A stretch of DNA of 16,565 nucleotides. Source: Elusimicrobiota bacterium (GTDB lineage Bacteria; Elusimicrobiota; Elusimicrobia; Elusimicrobiales; UBA9959). The stretch is taken from contig JBAXKK010000060.1 of assembly GCA_037137395.1 (NCBI GenBank), positions 1 through 16,565 on the forward strand. The letters run 5' to 3'. The position numbers and the translations under genes were made by a program. Numbering within the stretch: position 1 is the first letter of the stretch; every line of letters begins with the position of its first letter. This document shows positions 13,365 through 16,565 of the stretch, piece after piece. The notes under the pieces are model-generated. The model was not told the DNA's origin and did not search any database. It was given only the letters and a program-made list of their open reading frames with translations.

Positions 13365-14089
13365 TAGCCCCTTATCTCGCATTTCGGCAGGTAAGCCGAA
13401 ACTTCCTTTTTAATATCTTCCAACAAACGCGGCGGAGTCTCAGGGAAACTCTCCAGCCTTTTGTCCAAAAGGCCGCCCTTCCTGGGCACAAATTTCTGTA
13501 TATAGTACTTGTGCGCGCTGCCGCCGGTAGCCTCTACTATCATTTGGGCGGTATCGGTCATTTCAGGCACTGTGAGGAAGCTTATCTCTCCCCCGCCTCT
13601 CACGACCGGCACAACCGTGGTACGAAATTCATAATCCGGGAACTTCACTACCGTTTTCATGCTTTCAAGCATAGCGGTCTCGGTGCCGGGCCGACCGGAC
13701 ACGATCGGCAGCAAGCCGGGCGGCCCCTTCACATCCATTGCTGCGTAATCCACCAATCCCGCCGCCAGGAGGCGTTTCAAAACTTCCGGTGAGCCGCCAT
13801 TAGTATCAAGCTTCACAGGCAGATTCACGGCTTTAAGCCGGGCTATGAAGGAAATGATATCCGGCTGAAGTGTCGGTTCACCGCCGCAGATAACCACCCC
13901 GTTGACCCATTGGCGCGCGCCGTCCAGATACTTAAAGAACTCGTCCTCTCCGACAAAAGCGTCCTCGTTAAAAAGAGGTTTTGCGTGGCAGGCCGGACAG
14001 AGATAATCGCACCCGGGGGTGAAAACCACTGCCGCTATCTTGCCGGGGTAATCGATAAGGTTAAAGCCCAAAGCCGCGCGTATCTTCAT
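13364..14089 (-). CDS. nrdG: Anaerobic ribonucleoside-triphosphate reductase activating enzyme (radical SAM, 241 aa)
   Basis: DYPGKIAAVVF..GCDYLCPACH (CxxxCxxC), GGEPTL, KLDTNG, AMDVKG, EFRTT. Lies directly downstream of nrdD. Confidence 0.95.
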   Translation of the reverse strand: MKIRAALGFNLIDYPGKIAAVVFTPGCDYLCPACHAKPLFNEDAFVGEDEFFKYLDGARQWVNGVVICGGEPTLQPDIISFIARLKAVNLPVKLDTNGGSPEVLKRLLAAGLVDYAAMDVKGPPGLLPIVSGRPGTETAMLESMKTVVKFPDYEFRTTVVPVVRGGGEISFLTVPEMTDTAQMIVEATGGSAHKYYIQKFVPRKGGLLDKRLESFPETPPRLLEDIKKEVSAYLPKCEIRG

Positions 14090-14140
14090 TAGTAAGTTTG
14101 TTTCTGTTCCTGCCGCACTGTCTGCTGTCGTACTGCCGCG

Positions 14141-16565
14141 CTACTTAGAGGTCTTGACCGTGTAAGCGTCTTCCACCATCTTAAAGTATTCCACTTCTTT
14201 GCGGTGGAGCGGCTTGCCGCGTTTGAATTCAAGTTCGTAGCGACTCATGGTGCCGTTGTTTTTTACCAGCACCGTGGGGATCGGGTCCAGCGGCACATTC
14301 CACTTGGCGGCCACCATGCGGCTATCCTGATTAGTGAGGTCGTGGAATTCCACGGGTATCTCTACGCCCTGATCCTTAAGGGCTTTTGTCAGGCTGGCCT
14401 TAGCCTCTTCGCACATAGCGCAGCCTTCCTTGCCGAAGACCATCACTTTCTTTGAAGGGTCCTTCTCATAAAGCCAGCTGATGCTGGGAGCGAAGCTGGT
14501 ATATTGGCCGGCCACAGCCTCGCGCGCGCGGCTTATACCGAGCTGTGAATCGTTCCAGCCGCTGAGGTTAGAGAAGTAGCCAACGATTTTGGTGCGCTTG
14601 GTGACATCCGCGCTGCCGCACTTACCGCATTTGTCCTTGAAGCCGAAGTAATTAGTGTGGCAATTATTACAATGAGTAAACTCTGGCGACACGGTGAGCT
14701 GCGAAGACCGCGTATTGCGATAAGTCCGCTCTACCAGCGTGGCGATGGAGGCCGGCGGAATCTGCGACTCGCCGCAATAGACATGGATTATAGAACCAGA
14801 CTCTATCATGTCGTGAAATTTAGACTGGAGTTCTATCCTGTCTATTATAGAGACATCGGCTCCGGGGTTCAGGTGCACTGAATTTGTGTAATAAGGAGCC
14901 TTCTTTATATCGCCCTTTATCACTTTCCGGGATTCCGGGAACCTGTTCAAGTCGCCCTTGGCCAGCTTCTGCGTGGCTGATTCGGCCGGAGTTTCCTCAA
15001 GCGTTATCTTAAGCGCGTGCTTAACGCGCAAGCTGTTGATCTTCTGATGCATGTGGTCTATTATCTGCAGGCCGGTCTCGTAAGCCGCTTTGGTTTCGTG
15101 GAGCTCTTTGCCGGTCAGATATTGAACCGCCTCGTTAAGGCCGATAAGCCCCATTATATAGGTCGCCTTATTAAGGTCAACATACGGCGCGCCGTCATCC
15201 GAGGGAAGGCCCAGTGACCTGAGCGGGCTGCCGTCGGTATCAAGCAGCGTCTGAGTGTAGGCCTTCTTCTGCAGATGGGCCTTGACTGCCAACTCTAGGG
15301 CCGCGTCTATCTGCTTAAGCGCGCCGGGCAGAGTTTTTCCCTTGAAAGCGGCCTGCGGCAGATTTATAGTCACGTTCTGGAAACCAGTAAAGCGTATGCG
15401 CTCAGGATGCTTGAGCAGGTATGGGTCGGTAACTTTTTCCTTTAGACGGCAGCACTGTGCCAGAGTAGCGCCCGCGCCGTCGCGGTCGAACATGAAATAG
15501 GTGGAGCCGTTTTTAGCGGCCAGCCTGCAGCCGTATTCAAAAACCTCTCTTTCATCAGGGTTCTCAAGAGCTTCGCGGCTCACATGCAGATCGCATTTTG
15601 GGAAGGCGAACTGTATGCCGTACTTGTCACCGTCTTCCCAGACCTTCATAAGCTCTATGGCGAATTCCTGAGCCGTCTTGACCATACGCGGGTCGCCGTA
15701 GGTTATAAATCTGCGGCCATCCGAGGGGTGAACCACATCGCCGTTGCGGGAATCGCCCTCCACGCCCTGAAAGCGCGGCGCCTCATCCGACATCTCAATG
15801 CGGCCGTCCTTGTCCTCGATCATGTACTTACCGCCGGGACCCATGGCCGGCACATTATGCATATACTGCGGCACGCCGGTATGCATATTGAAGTCTATGA
15901 ACAGGGTCTGCCCGCCGCGACTGAACGCGTTCTGGCTGGCCGAGAATATCAGATTCTGCGCTATCTGGCGCATCTCTTTTTTGGAGAGCTTGAATAGTTC
16001 GCGTGTCTCACCTGTCTTTTTAAAATAAGGCGCGCTGGTCCCGTCGGTGTATGAAATAGTTCCGGCCTCCGCCATAGCCTGAAGGGTGTCTTTCTTTATC
16101 TTGACCGTCTTACCCTCAAGCTCTCCCTCCACCAGTATCTCGGGGCAATTAAGCATGGGCGCGTATAGTATATTAAGGAATCCGAAGCCCAGGGCGCCGG
16201 CATAACGGGACTGCATGGACGCGAGGAAAGTCTGTATATGGCCGTTAAGGACCATGGCGGACTTGGCGGGATTGGATTTATTCTGCAGGTTTGAAACTAT
16301 CTTATCCAGGCCGTATTTTTTTATATATTCCACGGAGTGGCTGGAACAATACACGCGCTGGGGATAGCCCAGATCGTGCAGATGAATAGCGCCGTTATTG
16401 TGCGCCTCGGCTATTTCTTCGGAAAAAACCTTGCGCAAGTTGTACTGCTTCAGCACATATTCCGCTATGCCGAGATTGACAGCCTCAGGGTTATTGGAGA
16501 TGATGTTTGAGTTTTCCTTGCTGTTGCCTATCACCAGGGACTCGATGGTTGACAGCGGCATGGCG
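14141..16565 (-). CDS. nrdD: Class III (anaerobic) ribonucleoside-triphosphate reductase with C-terminal glutaredoxin-like domain; 5'-truncated by the window edge
   Basis: KENSN, GAIHLHDL, YC, SRGGQT.F, F.FP, finger-loop QCCRL, NVTINLP, TPAES, YYTNS, Zn ribbon CNNC/CGKC, glycyl-radical loop KIVGY. The frame is still open at the window end. Confidence 0.96.
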   Translation of the reverse strand, partial: AMPLSTIESLVIGNSKENSNIISNNPEAVNLGIAEYVLKQYNLRKVFSEEIAEAHNNGAIHLHDLGYPQRVYCSSHSVEYIKKYGLDKIVSNLQNKSNPAKSAMVLNGHIQTFLASMQSRYAGALGFGFLNILYAPMLNCPEILVEGELEGKTVKIKKDTLQAMAEAGTISYTDGTSAPYFKKTGETRELFKLSKKEMRQIAQNLIFSASQNAFSRGGQTLFIDFNMHTGVPQYMHNVPAMGPGGKYMIEDKDGRIEMSDEAPRFQGVEGDSRNGDVVHPSDGRRFITYGDPRMVKTAQEFAIELMKVWEDGDKYGIQFAFPKCDLHVSREALENPDEREVFEYGCRLAAKNGSTYFMFDRDGAGATLAQCCRLKEKVTDPYLLKHPERIRFTGFQNVTINLPQAAFKGKTLPGALKQIDAALELAVKAHLQKKAYTQTLLDTDGSPLRSLGLPSDDGAPYVDLNKATYIMGLIGLNEAVQYLTGKELHETKAAYETGLQIIDHMHQKINSLRVKHALKITLEETPAESATQKLAKGDLNRFPESRKVIKGDIKKAPYYTNSVHLNPGADVSIIDRIELQSKFHDMIESGSIIHVYCGESQIPPASIATLVERTYRNTRSSQLTVSPEFTHCNNCHTNYFGFKDKCGKCGSADVTKRTKIVGYFSNLSGWNDSQLGISRAREAVAGQYTSFAPSISWLYEKDPSKKVMVFGKEGCAMCEEAKASLTKALKDQGVEIPVEFHDLTNQDSRMVAAKWNVPLDPIPTVLVKNNGTMSRYELEFKRGKPLHRKEVEYFKMVEDAYTVKTSK

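Noticed and set aside
15704..16150. Inteins or introns in nrdD
   Set aside because: The insertions are only 40-50 aa, in frame, and lack intein splice-junction residues or endonuclease motifs.
16559..16561. ATG 16561 as the true nrdD start
   Set aside because: The frame remains open to the window edge and the sequence begins mid-domain. The N-terminus, possibly an ATP cone, lies outside the window.

Overview
Bacterial chromosomal window, probably from an anaerobic diderm (TonB-dependent receptor, class III RNR). An Elusimicrobiota-like origin is only an impression. Bases 1-~1925 are the right end of an integrated mobile element: 8-bp tandem repeats, a hypothetical gene, a 57-aa ribbon-helix-helix (RHH) repressor missed by the ORF track, and a divergent tyrosine integrase, both apparently on leaderless promoters. 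The integrase ends 7 bp before the 5' end of a tRNA-Arg(GCG) and appears to contain that tRNA's promoter. Next come a small Cys-rich protein, an M32 carboxypeptidase, a ~280-bp hairpin-dense intergenic element, uridine kinase and a SAM methyltransferase. A minus-strand operon follows: a NikR-like regulator lacking all four nickel ligands, a TonB-dependent receptor, and a membrane protein fused to a THEP1-type NTPase (possibly a single-chain ECF-like importer). Then P5C dehydrogenase, a bidirectional terminator and a minus-strand run nrdD-nrdG-dut-CheY-like-permease. The NrdD is cut by the window edge and carries a C-terminal CxxC glutaredoxin-like domain plus two internal insertions. The strongest leads are the NrdD-redoxin fusion, the pseudo-NikR/TBDR/membrane-NTPase uptake module, the 5'-side tRNA integration geometry and the structured intergenic element. 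All family assignments come from motif recognition by eye; no searches were run.
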